A stretch of DNA of 64,000 nucleotides from Asterias rubens (Eukaryota), in NCBI RefSeq assembly GCF_902459465.1, contig NC_047071.1, forward strand, positions 6,324,001-6,388,000. Reading direction: 5' to 3'. A program made the position numbers and the translations under genes. Each line of letters opens with the position of its first letter. The stretch's first letter is position 1. The notes below the pieces were generated by a model that ran no database searches, was not told the DNA's origin, and saw nothing but the letters and a program-made list of their open reading frames with translations. Positions 38,660 to 49,861 of the stretch are shown piece after piece.

Positions 38660-38880
38660 TAACCTTTTGCTCTATCTACGGAATTGCATTGTCATATTTA
38701 TCTGAACTCATCATGCCTTATAAATCTAGTCGAGCTGGTCTTAGTTCAGCAGGTCAGTATATTCTGACTAAACCAAGATCTTATCACTTTTAGGGAGACA
38801 GATCTTTCCAACCCTCAACTCCTTCAAACTTCCCTCAAAACCAACCTTATGATGTTGCCAACAACAGCACAGTTTTTTCC
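38660..38880 (+). mobile_element. L2 3' fragment, paralog of 53250-53450
   Basis: tctgaactcatcat.ccttataa.tc.agtcgagctggtctt.gttcagcaggtca shared with 53278-53335. Confidence 0.7.
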
Positions 38881-38894
38881 CATAATTTTTTTTA

Positions 38895-41736
38895 TATTAT
38901 TTGCATTCAGTGAAAATGTTAAAGGTTTTGTTATGAGTTTCAGTCTTTGAGTTGAGTTGTTTTTGGTATGTACAAGTCCAAGTGAGATTGTTATATACAC
39001 TTGCCAGTCATTTTTGGTAATTTTCAGCTATGTTTTCAAATAGGGGGCCTAGTGTTTTTTAAATATAAAAAAAAGTTAAAGTTTGTTTTCAGGCTCAAAC
39101 ATTGACATCTGGATTTTAATGAGCCAAATTCAAACTTAAAGGCAGTGGACACTATTGGTAAATGTCAAAGACTACATGTAGCCTTCACAGATGGTGTATC
39201 TCAACATATGCATAAAATAACAAACCTGTTACAATTTGAGCTCAATCGGTCATCGAGTTGCGAGATATTAATGAAAGAAAAATAACCCTTGTCACACGAA
39301 GTTGTGTGCGTTTAGATGGTTGATTTCAAGACCAAATTCTAAATCTGAGGTCTCGAAATCAAATTCGTGGAAAATTACTTCTTTCTCGAAAACTATGGCA
39401 CTTCATAGAGAGCCGTTTCTTACAATGTTTTATACCATCAACCTCTCCCCATTACCCACTACCAAGTCAGGTTTTATGCTAATAATTAGTTTGAGTAATT
39501 ACCAATAGTGTCCACTGCCTTTAAATCTGAAAGTTTTGAAATGATTTCTTTAAACAAAAAAAAATCAATCTCTCTGTCACTGGTTTGATGTAAATGAGCT
39601 GAAACAATGAAAACCTTAAATGATCATAGCTCCTTATTGCAATGATGTGCTGACTAGAAACTTAAATCAAAGATTGCTTCTTACATATAGATGCATATAA
39701 AAAGATGAAACTCAAAGAGTGCATCACTGGTTCCAATTGAATGAGCTGAAACAACGAAACCTTAAATGGTCATAACTCCTGATTGCAATCATGTACTGAC
39801 TTGAAACTCAAGTCACATATTGCTTTTTACATATAGATGCATTTGAAAAGATAAAACTCAAAAAGTGCATCACTTGTTCAAGTTGAATGAGCTGAAACAA
39901 TGAAACCTTAAATGGTCATGACTTTTGCAATGATGTACTGACTTGAAACTTAAATCAAATATAACTTCTTACATACTATAGCACATGAAAAAAGAGTTTA
40001 TCACTGGTTCCAGTTGATTGAGAATAAACAATGAAAACCTTCAATGGTCATAACTCCTTTTTGCAATGATGCACTGACTTAAAAATAAGGTAAACTCATA
40101 TGAAAATATAAAACTCAAAAGTGCATCACAGGTTCCAGTTGACTGAGCTTTAACAATGAAAACCTTTAATGGTTATCACTCCTTACTGCAATGTTGTATC
40201 AATTTAAAACTGAAAACAAGCTTTGCTGCTTACAAGTAGATAGTATGACATGATGAAACTCAAAGAGTTAATCACTGGTTCCAGTTGGATGAGCTAAAAC
40301 AATGAAAACTAGAAATTCAGAGTTTGTAAAAAGGTGTTCGGTTTCCGGGAGTAAAAGCCTTGTTTAAAAATACAAATATTGCACTTTGCCTTTGCTTTGT
40401 TCTCAAGGTTTGTAATAAATGATTAAAATTGCAAAAGTTTTCAAAACAACATGAAGACTTCATTTTATGTTCAAGAATTTACTCATAAGAAAGAAAAACT
40501 CAAGAATATAATGCCATTCACTGTCAAATTATATTTTATAAAAGAAAGTGATTTTTGTTTTAAATAAACCTTATTAATTACAAAATGGGAGAGGTCCAAT
40601 TTCTATGTTCATTTAATTTTCATGGCACAGCTTTGAAAAGTGCACCCCTAAAGCAATACCAAGGCCATCAAGCTACAGTGTAAGCCTTTACAGATACATT
40701 ACTATTACAAAGGAGATTATGTATACCAATTTTGAAACAATTGTCATAGACTCTGACACAGTGTGTTTTTAGATGTTTTGAATCTGCCGCTAGATGGCGC
40801 ACTTGTTTTTGGTGACGTCATCGGTAATATTTTTTTTAGCAGACATTTGCCAGACTTGCGCACCAAAGGATGTATATTTCATCCTAAAAGATATTAAATA
40901 ACGCCTTTTCAAATCATTTTACAATCACTTTGTTTAAACAGGTCAAAAGGTCAAGAAAAGTTCACCAACATGTCCATTTTTTGGGACTGTAGAAGAGACT
41001 CATTAACCGAAAGGAAAATGTAGCTGATATTAGTTTGGAACGCCTCGAACGCAGACTAAAACGAACAACACGTGGCGCACCAGAGCGTGACATGCACCGC
41101 AATGCACCTCATACTTATACAAGTGGTGTACAATGTACATGTACATGTAATTGTAAAATCTTTACAATCAATGGGTAAATTTCGTAGTTCTTTATACATG
41201 AATTTCTGAATTTTTAACCTCGGTTTTGAACCGGAAGACCAGATCAAAATGGGGTCATGTCTGCGAGGCGTTTACAGAGTTATTAACGACCTTTCCGATG
41301 TGTATCCATTGTAAGAATCCATCATGAAGATCAAAAGTTATGATTTTTTGAGTTTATAAACTTTAAATTTTCGTAACTCAAGAATTGATGACGACATCAT
41401 GACGTTACTACACATTTTTCTTCTCCTAATGAATATCTATAATGATGTGTGAAGTTTCAGGTTCATACAAGTTTCGGATAGGTTGTTTTGTTATAGCGGA
41501 CAAGGGACGGACAGAAGAAGAATAAGAAGTATGAAGAAAAAGAAGGAACAAAACGGGGGAAAATAAGAGGTGTTCCGGGCTGTTGGCCCAAACAGAACTT
41601 TAAATGGTCATTACTTCACACTTGTCAATGTCCCCACCCCTTTGATCATCAGTTAATCAAATAATTGGTTTTTCTGTCAGTCATTGGTTCTATCTGGCGA
41701 TCGGCAGCTCGCCATGGCAGCTTCCCTGTTCTAGTT
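38895..41736 (+). mobile_element. HINE-like element B (5' end decayed) with six-unit ~140-bp array
   Basis: 5' body matches elements A and C (cattcagtg(g/a)aaatgtt...); array units at about 39578, 39725, 39871, 40002, 40127, 40273; 3' gcagctcgcc (41704), hairpin and ctagtt. Confidence 0.65.
39136..39524. mobile_element. Kolobok-like MITE with TTAA TSD
   Basis: ttaa-aggcagtggacactattgg ... ccaatagtgtccactgcct-ttaa; empty site visible in the paralog at ~53770 (ccaaacTTAAatctgaaa). Confidence 0.9.
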
Positions 41737-41938
41737 ATTATTATTTTCATCAAATAACTGACCCTGTCAGGTCAGTCTTGAGTTGGATTTGTAGTTACGT
41801 AACACAAACTCTCTTGTTCTTCGATGTTACAACATACATCTATGTAAAGGTGAATGTCACTAAATTACTTGATGATCTTTATGCAGCTGAAAGGCTTATT
41901 TAATTACTTACATTTTTAATTATGATATTTATTTGTAG

Positions 41939-42048
41939 AAAAGTGCGTCATCATGTGTACAACATAAAGTATCATATGGCAGTCAACCAGAATGTATTCA
42001 GCCAAGATCTCAAACAGATTGACAAATTTGCATCGAAACTATCTAATG
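41939..42048 (+). CDS. PDE8: PDE8 coding exon (post-PAS), phase 2-1
   Basis: tttatttgtAG acceptor, G|gtaaga donor; (G)KVRHHVYNIKYHMAVNQNVFSQDLKQIDKFASKLSN continues PDE8 GGKIRHFVS in the correct phase after a 27.4-kb intron. Confidence 0.82.
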
Positions 42049-43550
42049 GTAAGACAAACACATGGAATTCAATGCCATAAACTTTGCACAAAATGTATAC
42101 AGCCATTGCCTTAACCACCCCTTCCCTGACCACAGGTCCAGACTGCCACATAGCCCTCAAGCCTGGTAGTTTTGTACGAGGACAGTGTTTAATTGTTGAA
42201 GAGCTGAACTTTTTAGAGCCTTGAGTCATCAGTTGACTTTAAAAAGACCAATGCCACGTTGAAACCTCCACTTGGACAAAGGAAAGACGATTTGTTTGCG
42301 CAAATGCAACAATGAGGACGCAATGATTTGATCACATGCACAGTTGTAAAAATTGTAATTTATACTGCACCAACACTGTTCAAAGGCGCATGACATTCTG
42401 CAGTGAAAAAGTAAACCACTAAAAATGACATTACACATAAGAAGACACAGCAAAAATATTGTTACAAAATTTTAAGTAGCAATACAAATAAACATTACAT
42501 GTTCAAACAAACATTTCAGAAGCTGTCATATGTTTACAAAAATTGCTGTAAACCCACAGGTTTGCTATTATTCACGATCACCCGTAAATTTTGGGTGGTT
42601 CCAGAAATTTGGGACTCGGTTCTGAGACATACCCGGTTAATGATAAAACAAATTTAACAATATTGAAATACACATATTGAAATAATTATTTGCTCTTCAC
42701 ACCTCAGGAATAAATGGTCCTCCTTTCCTCCAATACAAAGGAGGTCAAAATTATTTCATGAATTATTTGGGAGGAAAACCAGGCTAAGAACCAAGAAGCC
42801 ACAACATAAATACTCTTCACATAATTATGATAAGGGTGTTGTTGACACGTAATCAGTCTAGTGGGTCACTCTCTTGGATTTTGAATCTAAATATATAATG
42901 AGAAGAAGAAAAAAAAAGCAATTTTTAAAGGTGATGATGTCAGTAGTAATCGTAGACAAATAACGTGTGAGATATCAAGATTTTTTTGATAATTAAGCCC
43001 CATTTTCAAACTAGCAACTTCACCAAAAAACACAAAATAAATGAATTGATCATGTTTCATGAGAACCAAAATAACGGGAAAACAATCAAAGTGACAGCAG
43101 CATTCAGTAAGGCTATTTGAAAAAAAAGAAGAAAATAAACACCATGGTTGAAAATTGTGCACATTGCATCATCATCGTGGATAGTTGATGAAGTTGTTGA
43201 AGTTATACAATGTACCATGAGCTAGCTAATTTTGAGCTACTATAGCTAACAAATGGCTTCACCTTTGCGGGAAAAAAAAAAGTGAGGGCGGAGGTAAATA
43301 TAACTAAAAGCAATTTCTCCAAATACATGTGTGCTATTTAAGACTTGGTTATACATGACCAAACAAGTGAACTCTAGAAATGTTTGACAAAAGTCAGCTA
43401 TTAAATCGCAGGTAAAGTATTTTTAAAATATGAGCCAGTTCTGTGCCTCTTGAATGCTGCTGAATGCCTGTGGAATAGAATGTTGAGTCTCAAAGTCGCC
43501 GATATACATTAGTTGACATTAATTAAAGTGCGCTATTATCACGTGAGCAG

Positions 43551-43625
43551 GAGGGTCGGCTGGCACACCCAACATGCATGGTGAAATGGCCTTGTCGGTG
43601 CGGCCTGTCCGCTTCCAGGACGATG
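43551..43625 (+). CDS. PDE8: candidate PDE8 linker exon, phase 1-1 (possibly alternative)
   Basis: 75 bp, open in phase 1 (GSAGTPNMHGEMALSVRPVRFQDD), CAG acceptor with poor pyrimidine tract, G|gtattc donor; GC-rich island in an AT-rich intron; linker length without it would be shorter than vertebrate PDE8. Confidence 0.4.
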
Positions 43626-45011
43626 GTATTCATGAGTTAAATAATGAACTATTATGAGCCACATTAATCATCGAACAAAGCTTAGCAAAGAGCAAATACA
43701 GCCAAGTTGTAACTTGTATTAAGACAGTCAAATGGAGAATTACAAATAAAGGATACTTAGGACTATGCTGGGTTGTGAGTGATGTAAGCACAATGATAGA
43801 AAGACGTCAGAAAAATAATATAACGTTAACATAAAAAGCGCTGCTATCTTGTAGTTCATGGTGAATTGAACTTGTTGCAAACCAATAATCTCATCTCCCC
43901 ACCACACACACCACAATGTGCATGCGATCAAAATCCTCAAAGACAAAAGTGTTACAATAAGCAATTCACTAAAAGTCAATAATTAACAGGACCAACATAA
44001 ATAACTACAGACGAGTCTGCATTACAATAATATTCTGTCACAGAAAAATCGTTACCATGCACGCAGAGCACAATCGTTATTCACATACAGCAGATGCATT
44101 GCACTTGAATTTTTCAATGGATTTGAGTTTTGCGTCTACTCAAGAGCGTCCACAAAAATCAATCGCAAATTCGCACAACTTGCGGCGACTTGTGACAGGC
44201 CTGCGATGGATTTCAAAATGTCCTACTTTAGTGAAATCAGATTTTTAAATCCGTCGCAAACTTGCGACTGACTTTGGGGTCTACGTCACTCTACTTACCT
44301 GTAGAGCAAATTACTACAATTGCATATTCCCTATGCGCCGATAGGTAACACTAAGACTTTTTTACAACAAGTGCAACAGCGCCCTCCATCGCCCAGTGCA
44401 CGACGGCACGAACGCCATGCGCAATCGCCCTCTTTCTCTCTTAGCTTCGAACAGGTGACACGTTAATTTTTTAGGCTCCCTAGAAAATTGTTACTTTCCG
44501 TTAAACCGAGTCTCTTTTGAGATATAAAATAAACTGTGTTTATTATTATTGTTACTTTGATAAAGACGTGTTTGTAGAGTGTGTGTGTCGTCTTTATTAA
44601 TTTCTTAGTGTGATAAAATGAGTTCTAGAAAGGCAGGGAGGGGTTGACTGTCGCTACCGGGGATACTTCCCTTTCCCCGGGACAGCTCGACTCCTCGGGG
44701 GGCTACGCCGTTGATGGTCCGTCGTCGGTGCAGTCCTCCCAACCTTCGCAGCCCCTGCGTGCTGCATCGGTCGTGGACTCCGTTGACTTCGGGGGGAACA
44801 TTTCCTGTTCCCCCTCGTCGGTCAGCGTCCAGGGGTCCAGCCTGTCTAAGGGTAAACGCCCGGGTACAAGCAAGAAAACAAAAAATCCTGCTACCCGGGC
44901 CGTTTCCAAGAAGAATAAGGCAGGCAAAGGAAACCCCGTTCCGGGGTCTTCCACGCCTGCCGCTAAGCCACCCACTGGCCTACTGCGGACGGAGGGGGTC
45001 CCCCCCTCCGC

Positions 45012-46874
45012 GTGTCTCAGTGCGCCATTCCCCATCCATCCCACCGAATCTCCCTCGGTGGCCTTGGTGGGGGACGGGGTTGGGTTTGCCGACCGCCAGC
45101 GCGCCCAGCCCGATGGCATGAGCGGCCGGGTTACGGTCGGCAAACCCAACCCCGGCGGATTGCCCATGCCAAGCCGACGAACTGGGGTTCCCCCGGTATC
45201 CCGCGCTCGGTGGGTCCGTTCTCATCCTCGGGTTTTACCCATTGCTCTGGGGTCCCCGTGACACAACCCTTGTCCGAAGCGACATCTGAGGTTACCCCAT
45301 CCCTCTCTTCCCGTCGAGGGAAAAAGGCCAAAAAGGGGAATAGGTCACGGCGCTCTTCGAGCTCCAGTGATTCCTCCCGGGAATCCCGCAGGGGCAAACG
45401 TCATTGCGGTGACTCGCTTTCACGGGCCGACTTCATGGAGGCCTTTCAGGCGTTGACCGCCTCCCTGACGGGCAGGTTGGAGCAGGGCCATGGCCCAGTG
45501 GCTCCGCCCGTTTTGTCGGCCCTTCATGGCGTGTCAGCCCCGCCGGGTTTCCCGGCCCGGGTCGACGCACCGGTCCCGTTCGACCACCAGTGGGTGGCCT
45601 TGGGTAGCGGTATCCCTCATACCGTGAGCAGGGCCCCGGTGTCTCCGCCGTGCCACCGCTCGGTACCGGTGCCAACGCAGACTCGTGTCCCAGCGGTATC
45701 CCTGGCCCCTGTGGGGCCACCTGTGACCGCCAGGACTGTAACATCCCCGTCGGGGATCAGTTTGCCCCCGGCGTCAGTATTCTCTGACTTGAGTTCATTT
45801 ATGGGCCATGATAATAGTACTGGGCACTCGCCCGGGACGAGTCGCCCCCCTGGGCATGACTCGTCCCCGGAAGAGGACGAGTTGACCGCTATGCAGCGGT
45901 TGTCAATTCGTGAGACTGAGTTGCGGCTCGTTCAGCGGGACATGATCCGGGCGCTGAACCTGCCAGCCGTGGCCGACCCCCCTCCTTCTGAACGCCAGTC
46001 GTTCAAGAAGAGGTCGGGTCCGGCTCCATCGGTCCAGAATACTTTCCCGACTCTGCCCCTGGATCGTGTTTGCACAGATCGCATGGATGCAGTTATGCAG
46101 GCAGGGAAATGGCGGGCGCATGCTTCACGCGCTGAAGCTTACTATCGTTTTCTCCAAGGGGATTTCGATAAGTATTTTGCGACGCCCGTTCTCCCAGATT
46201 CGGCATCGGACAAACTCACTGCCGACTGGGGGGCTACTTTCTCCAATTGTCCCTTCGCCGATAAGGCCCGTGGGAAATTGGAGGAAGTGGCTAAGAAGTT
46301 GGACTCAGCCTCCCATTTTGGGATGCGGTCCACTTCTTTCTTGTTACTCCTTTCCGAGTATTTTGCCTTGGGCGCTGATGGCGACTCGGCGGTTCCCGCC
46401 GATCTCGTGGTCGCTGCCCTGCACTGCCTTGATGATGGCTTGAGGACCATCCTGGACCAGTTCTCACGTATTTCCGCCCTGGCTACGTCTTCCCGTAGGG
46501 CGAACGTGTTGGACGCACTGTTCCTTCCTTCAGTGGGAGCGCGCAAGCGTCTTGACGCCTTGCCGCTCACAGGTCCCGACCTTTTTGCGGGCCAGTTCCA
46601 GGAATCCATGGAAGCTGAGGCCAAGCACATCAAGGCGGCAGATAAAATTAATTTAAAGAAACCGGCTGTGCCAAAGGCCAAGGTGAAGAAGCAAGCCTCC
46701 TATACCATCCCACGGCGTCAACCTCAGCGGCCCGCCCGTGGTGGGTTTCGCGGCTGGGCCGACACTCAATCTAATGTCCGAGCCGCACCGACCCAGATGG
46801 GACACCAGCGCCCTCAATCGGGGCGGGGTTTTCACGCGCCAAACTCCCGATTCCCGGGGGCATGGCGCAAGTGA
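45012..46874 (+). CDS. DIRS ORF1 (gag-like)
   Basis: Long low-complexity ORF in the gag position with C-terminal RKRLDALPLTGPDLFAG; the true start may be upstream (44619/44644 frame) via frameshifts. Confidence 0.7.
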   Translation: MSQCAIPHPSHRISLGGLGGGRGWVCRPPARPARWHERPGYGRQTQPRRIAHAKPTNWGSPGIPRSVGPFSSSGFTHCSGVPVTQPLSEATSEVTPSLSSRRGKKAKKGNRSRRSSSSSDSSRESRRGKRHCGDSLSRADFMEAFQALTASLTGRLEQGHGPVAPPVLSALHGVSAPPGFPARVDAPVPFDHQWVALGSGIPHTVSRAPVSPPCHRSVPVPTQTRVPAVSLAPVGPPVTARTVTSPSGISLPPASVFSDLSSFMGHDNSTGHSPGTSRPPGHDSSPEEDELTAMQRLSIRETELRLVQRDMIRALNLPAVADPPPSERQSFKKRSGPAPSVQNTFPTLPLDRVCTDRMDAVMQAGKWRAHASRAEAYYRFLQGDFDKYFATPVLPDSASDKLTADWGATFSNCPFADKARGKLEEVAKKLDSASHFGMRSTSFLLLLSEYFALGADGDSAVPADLVVAALHCLDDGLRTILDQFSRISALATSSRRANVLDALFLPSVGARKRLDALPLTGPDLFAGQFQESMEAEAKHIKAADKINLKKPAVPKAKVKKQASYTIPRRQPQRPARGGFRGWADTQSNVRAAPTQMGHQRPQSGRGFHAPNSRFPGAWRK

Positions 46875-47010
46875 CTCGCTTGCCTCCAGGCGGCCTCCCA
46901 CCGACAGACCCGTGGGGGGCCGCCTTCACAAATTTCTGGGGTCCTGGTGACAGGTTGTCTCTGACCGGTGGGTCCTCGAGACACTCGAGTACGGCTACGC
47001 GCTCGAGTTC

Positions 47011-48705
47011 ATGGGGACCCCCCCGTCGGACATGATAATTCGGCCCACGCTGATCCCGTCCGACATGGGGAAGCGGTTGGCTCTCGAGGGGGAGATCTCC
47101 TCCCTCCTCCAGAAACGAGCAATTTACGCCGCTCCGATGCAAGGGGCGCGGACGGGTTTCATGTCCACCTTCTTCCTGGTTCCCAATAAGGAGGTGGGTG
47201 AGTGGCGCCCCATCCTAAACCTGAAACCCCTCAACAGATTAATACGTCCGCAGCGCTTCCGTATGGAGACGCTGCGGACCATTCTCGTATCTATTGTCAC
47301 ACCCGCCTGGGGGGCGAGCTTGGACCTGAGGGACGCGTACCTCCAAGTGCCCATCAGGCCCGAGGATCGCAAATTCCTACGCTTTATGTACAACAGCGTC
47401 ATGTACGAGTTTGCAACCCTGCCCTTCGGGTTGTCCACTTTGCCCCGGGTGTTCACCCGGGTAGTGAAGACAATCGGGGCTGCTCTACAGAGGCGTGGGG
47501 TCATGATCTTCATGTACCTCGACGACTGGCTGGTAGTGGGGCCATCGCGGGCGGCGACGGATGCGGCGCTCAGGTTCACCTGGCGCCTCACTTCCGATCT
47601 CGGGTTTCTAGTGAACACCGAAAAGTCGCACCCGATACCCTCGCAGACCCCTACCTTCCTCGGAGCGGCTCTCGATCTCCGCCCACCGAGGGGGCTAGCC
47701 CGCCCTACGGAGGACCGCGTACTGAATCTTTTTCAGTGCGTGTCCCTCTTCCTCCCAGCGGCTGTGGCTCCGGCAAGGACTTGGCTCAGGCTCCTTGGCC
47801 TTATGGCCAGCATGGTGGACTTGGTGGATTTTTGTCGACTCCGGATGCGGCCAATTCAGCTCCATCTGCTGTCTTTTTACCGCCCTCGACACCACCCTAT
47901 CCACCTGCGGGTACCCACTACGCTCTGGCTGATCCTGCACTTGCGGTGGTGGCTGGACGAGGCCCATCTCACTCAGGGGCACGTGTTCCGCCCCCCTCAG
48001 CCTTCGGTGACCATTGTCACCGATGCGTCACAGCAGGGCTGGGGGGCGACCCTCCACCCGCGCCAGATCACGGGACAGTGGGGCACGGAGCACCGCTCGT
48101 CCCACATCAATGTCCTAGAGTTGATGGCGGTCTTCAATGCCCTTCGGCATTTAAAGACTGCGGTGTCGGGACGCGCGGTGCTCGTGCAGTGCGACAATAC
48201 CACGGTCGTGGCTTATGTCAACCGCCAGGGAGGTACCCGGTCGGCGCAGTTGTGCGCCCTGACTTGGGAACTGCTTCACTGGTGCATCCGCCAGGGCGTT
48301 GCTCTGTCGGCAGTCCACATCCCATTCTCGCTCATCCCCCGGGTGTTGACCAAGATAGAGGCCGCCCACTGCCGGGTGCTCCTCATAGCCCCGTTCTGGC
48401 CGCGTCAGCCGTGGTTCCCTCGACTCGTGAGGCTCCTGGTCCACCGCCCGGTGGTCCTGCCTCAACGTCCGGATCTCCTTTATCAACCCAGTTCCGGGAT
48501 AATTCATCCGGCCCCGAGGGAACTCCACCTGACGTGCTGGGTGTTATCACCCAGTCGCTCCGCACAGCAGGCCTTTCACGCCGGGCTGCAGAGCTTGCCG
48601 CCCAGTCGAGGCGTGCCTCCACTCGTAAGATCTACGATTGCCGACTACGCCATTTCTTTAAATGGTGTAGACGGCGATCTATACGTCCCCCCAGTGCTTC
48701 TCTGA
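47011..48705 (+). CDS. DIRS ORF2 reverse transcriptase / RNase H with truncated methyltransferase region
   Basis: WRPILNL, DLRDAYL, LPFGL, YLDDWL; RH VTDASQQGWGA, HINVLELMAV, CDNTTVVAYVNRQGG; the upstream PVGGRLHKF...W* segment indicates one nonsense codon at 46948-46950. Confidence 0.92.
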   Translation: MGTPPSDMIIRPTLIPSDMGKRLALEGEISSLLQKRAIYAAPMQGARTGFMSTFFLVPNKEVGEWRPILNLKPLNRLIRPQRFRMETLRTILVSIVTPAWGASLDLRDAYLQVPIRPEDRKFLRFMYNSVMYEFATLPFGLSTLPRVFTRVVKTIGAALQRRGVMIFMYLDDWLVVGPSRAATDAALRFTWRLTSDLGFLVNTEKSHPIPSQTPTFLGAALDLRPPRGLARPTEDRVLNLFQCVSLFLPAAVAPARTWLRLLGLMASMVDLVDFCRLRMRPIQLHLLSFYRPRHHPIHLRVPTTLWLILHLRWWLDEAHLTQGHVFRPPQPSVTIVTDASQQGWGATLHPRQITGQWGTEHRSSHINVLELMAVFNALRHLKTAVSGRAVLVQCDNTTVVAYVNRQGGTRSAQLCALTWELLHWCIRQGVALSAVHIPFSLIPRVLTKIEAAHCRVLLIAPFWPRQPWFPRLVRLLVHRPVVLPQRPDLLYQPSSGIIHPAPRELHLTCWVLSPSRSAQQAFHAGLQSLPPSRGVPPLVRSTIADYAISLNGVDGDLYVPPVLL

Positions 48706-49580
48706 AGGACATAGGGGATTTTCTTCTTTACCTTTACGAGAGTGGACTAGCGACCGCCACGGTTAAAAACTACCGGTCGGCCATTGCAGCCATTCATGAG
48801 GGCTTTCCTGATGGCTCCTCGGTTTCTACCAATCGAGCGATCTGTCAGCTGGCAAGGGGCATGTTTGTATCCCGGCCTCCGGTACGCAAACTTGTCCCGT
48901 CTTTGGACCTCCAGAGTGTTCTATCCACTCTAGCAGGTCCCCCATTCGAACCCCTCAGCATTGCTCCTTTGCTGCAGTTGTCGATAAAGGTTTCATTTCT
49001 GCTGACGTCGCGCAGACGTAGCGAGCTCCACGCCCTGACATTGGCACCGGGTCACATTCGTTGGGAACCCGTTGGTGTCCGCCTGGTTCCTTCCGCCGGG
49101 TTCCTGACGAAGAATCAGTCTGATTCTTTTCAGCCCCCGGACATTTTCGTTCCGGACTTAAAGTCCTTCTCTGCGGTTGCGGCTGACAGACTTTGCTGCC
49201 CTGTCCGGCGCTTAAATCATGGTACATAAGCCGCACCAAGCCTATCCGCTCCGGCCATCGCCAACTATTCTTGGCCTCGACAACCCCTCATCAACCGGTA
49301 ACGCGCGATACTATCGCTCGCTGGATTGTTACCGCCATCCGCTCCGTCCCGGGCGGGTGGCCGGCGGCCGGTGGGCAATATTCACGCCCACGACGTCCGC
49401 GGGGTGTCGTCCTCTTGGGCATTTTTTAAAGGTATACCGATAGAGGATATAACCAAGGCAGCCTGTTGGAAGAGTGCTACAACTTTCTCACAATGCTACC
49501 TGAAGGACGTACTCCAGACTGACGGCCAGGCAGGCCGTGCGGTGTTGCAGTCAGCCTCCCATGGGTCATCCTCCCGCTAG
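48480..49580 (+). pseudogene. DIRS tyrosine recombinase (frameshifted near 49210 and 49350)
   Basis: STRKIYDCRLRHFFKWC, YRSAIAAIH, LLTSRRRSELHAL, CPV, HAHDVRGVSSSWA, WKSATTFSQCYL (R...H-x-x-R...Y set); frame continuous with the 47202-49229 ORF. Confidence 0.9.
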
Positions 49581-49861
49581 TCCTCTTCGCATCAAGTCTT
49601 CACCCTCGGTGAGTTCTTGTCTGTATACCATACATTTGTGCCACTGTTTAACATTGTTATGTTTTTTTCCTTGTCCTATCGGGACGACACCCCCCGGGTC
49701 GTGTGCGGACAATGTGGCCCCCATATTTTGCGTTTCTTATTTCTTGCAACAGCTGGTGCCTCCTTCCGGTCGCGCCTCGTTGCCATGACGCCATAATAAT
49801 TGTATGATGTGCAATAGTCCCTCGTATACCCACCGCCTTCCTAAACGGTGCTTGTCTATGG

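Noticed and set aside
33252-40320. CRISPR-like or novel repeat-spacer array
   Set aside because: Units are contiguous diverged tandem repeats without unique spacers, in a eukaryotic intron.
42699-42790. Possible extra PDE8 exon after the good acceptor ctcttcacacctcAG
   Set aside because: No convincing donor before an in-frame stop, and no PDE8 similarity.
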